A stretch of 62,969 nucleotides of DNA, counting the filler, from Octopus bimaculoides (taxonomy: Eukaryota): the NCBI RefSeq assembly GCF_001194135.2. It is 5 parts of 4 records of this genome, joined end to end, with 100 filler letters (N's around TTAATTAATTAA, not from the genome) between each part and the next. Parts side by side here need not be neighbours in the genome. Positions count along the whole stretch, not along the records: positions 60,666 to 62,969 come from NC_068981.1; 4 more parts are not named here. The stretch is one strand, 5' to 3'. The notes below the pieces were generated by a model that saw only the letters and a list, made by a program, of their open reading frames with translations, ran no database searches and was not told the DNA's origin. The translations under genes were made by a program, and so were the position numbers. Of the stretch, positions 62,639 to 62,969 are shown in pieces; position 1 is the stretch's first letter, and every line of letters starts with the position of its first letter.

Positions 62639-62969
62639 CCTCTATCTCTCTCCCTGATACTATCCGGGCGACCACCCAAACAAAGCCAAAACGGAGGTCC
62701 CTGTCAACAGACATGTTAAATCCGCTGGGACGTAGTTGATGTCGGGTCAATGCTTGGCTTGTAGTAGTTATGACAGTGGTAGAGGGAATTGGACGTTCTG
62801 GTGAGGGTGATGGCGATGGTGATGGTTGGGGTTGTGGTGGTGGTGGTGGTTGTTCTACTAAATGTGGCGATGATGGTATTTGTGGATCTAACAAATGTGA
62901 TGATGGTGTTCTGATTAGTGGTGGTGGGAATGGGAGAGACTGGCGATGGTGGTGGTGGTGGTGGTGGTG

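Overview
Eukaryotic, AT-rich, microsatellite- and transposon-dense DNA. The SINE/LINE/Penelope repertoire suggests a coleoid cephalopod, probably Octopus (inferred from repeat families, not proven). The window is five pieces joined by identical artificial 100-bp spacers (44 N + TTAATTAATTAA + 44 N), so adjacency and orientation across them are uncertain. The one well-supported host coding element is a 1140-bp phase-1/phase-1 minus-strand exon (19184-20323). It encodes a TIR domain whose BB-loop region is replaced by about 180 aa of low-complexity, repeat-containing sequence. A probable downstream 66-bp exon lies at 4407-4472. Weaker plus-strand exon candidates and a CpG-rich promoter-like site lie in the 36.3-52.5 kb piece, and these may be the misoriented 5' half of the TIR gene. 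Most of the rest is decayed mobile DNA: Penelope-like, RTE, R4/Dong-like, CR1-like and L1/Tx1-like retroelements, several tRNA-derived SINE families, mariner, maT (DD37D), pogo/Tigger and hAT elements, hairpin MITEs and a modular foldback array. No CRISPR, rRNA or bona fide tRNA genes were seen. Most ORF-track entries are microsatellite or gap artefacts. Repeat boundaries are approximate unless TIR/TSD positions are stated. All homology calls come from reading motifs by eye, not from database searches.
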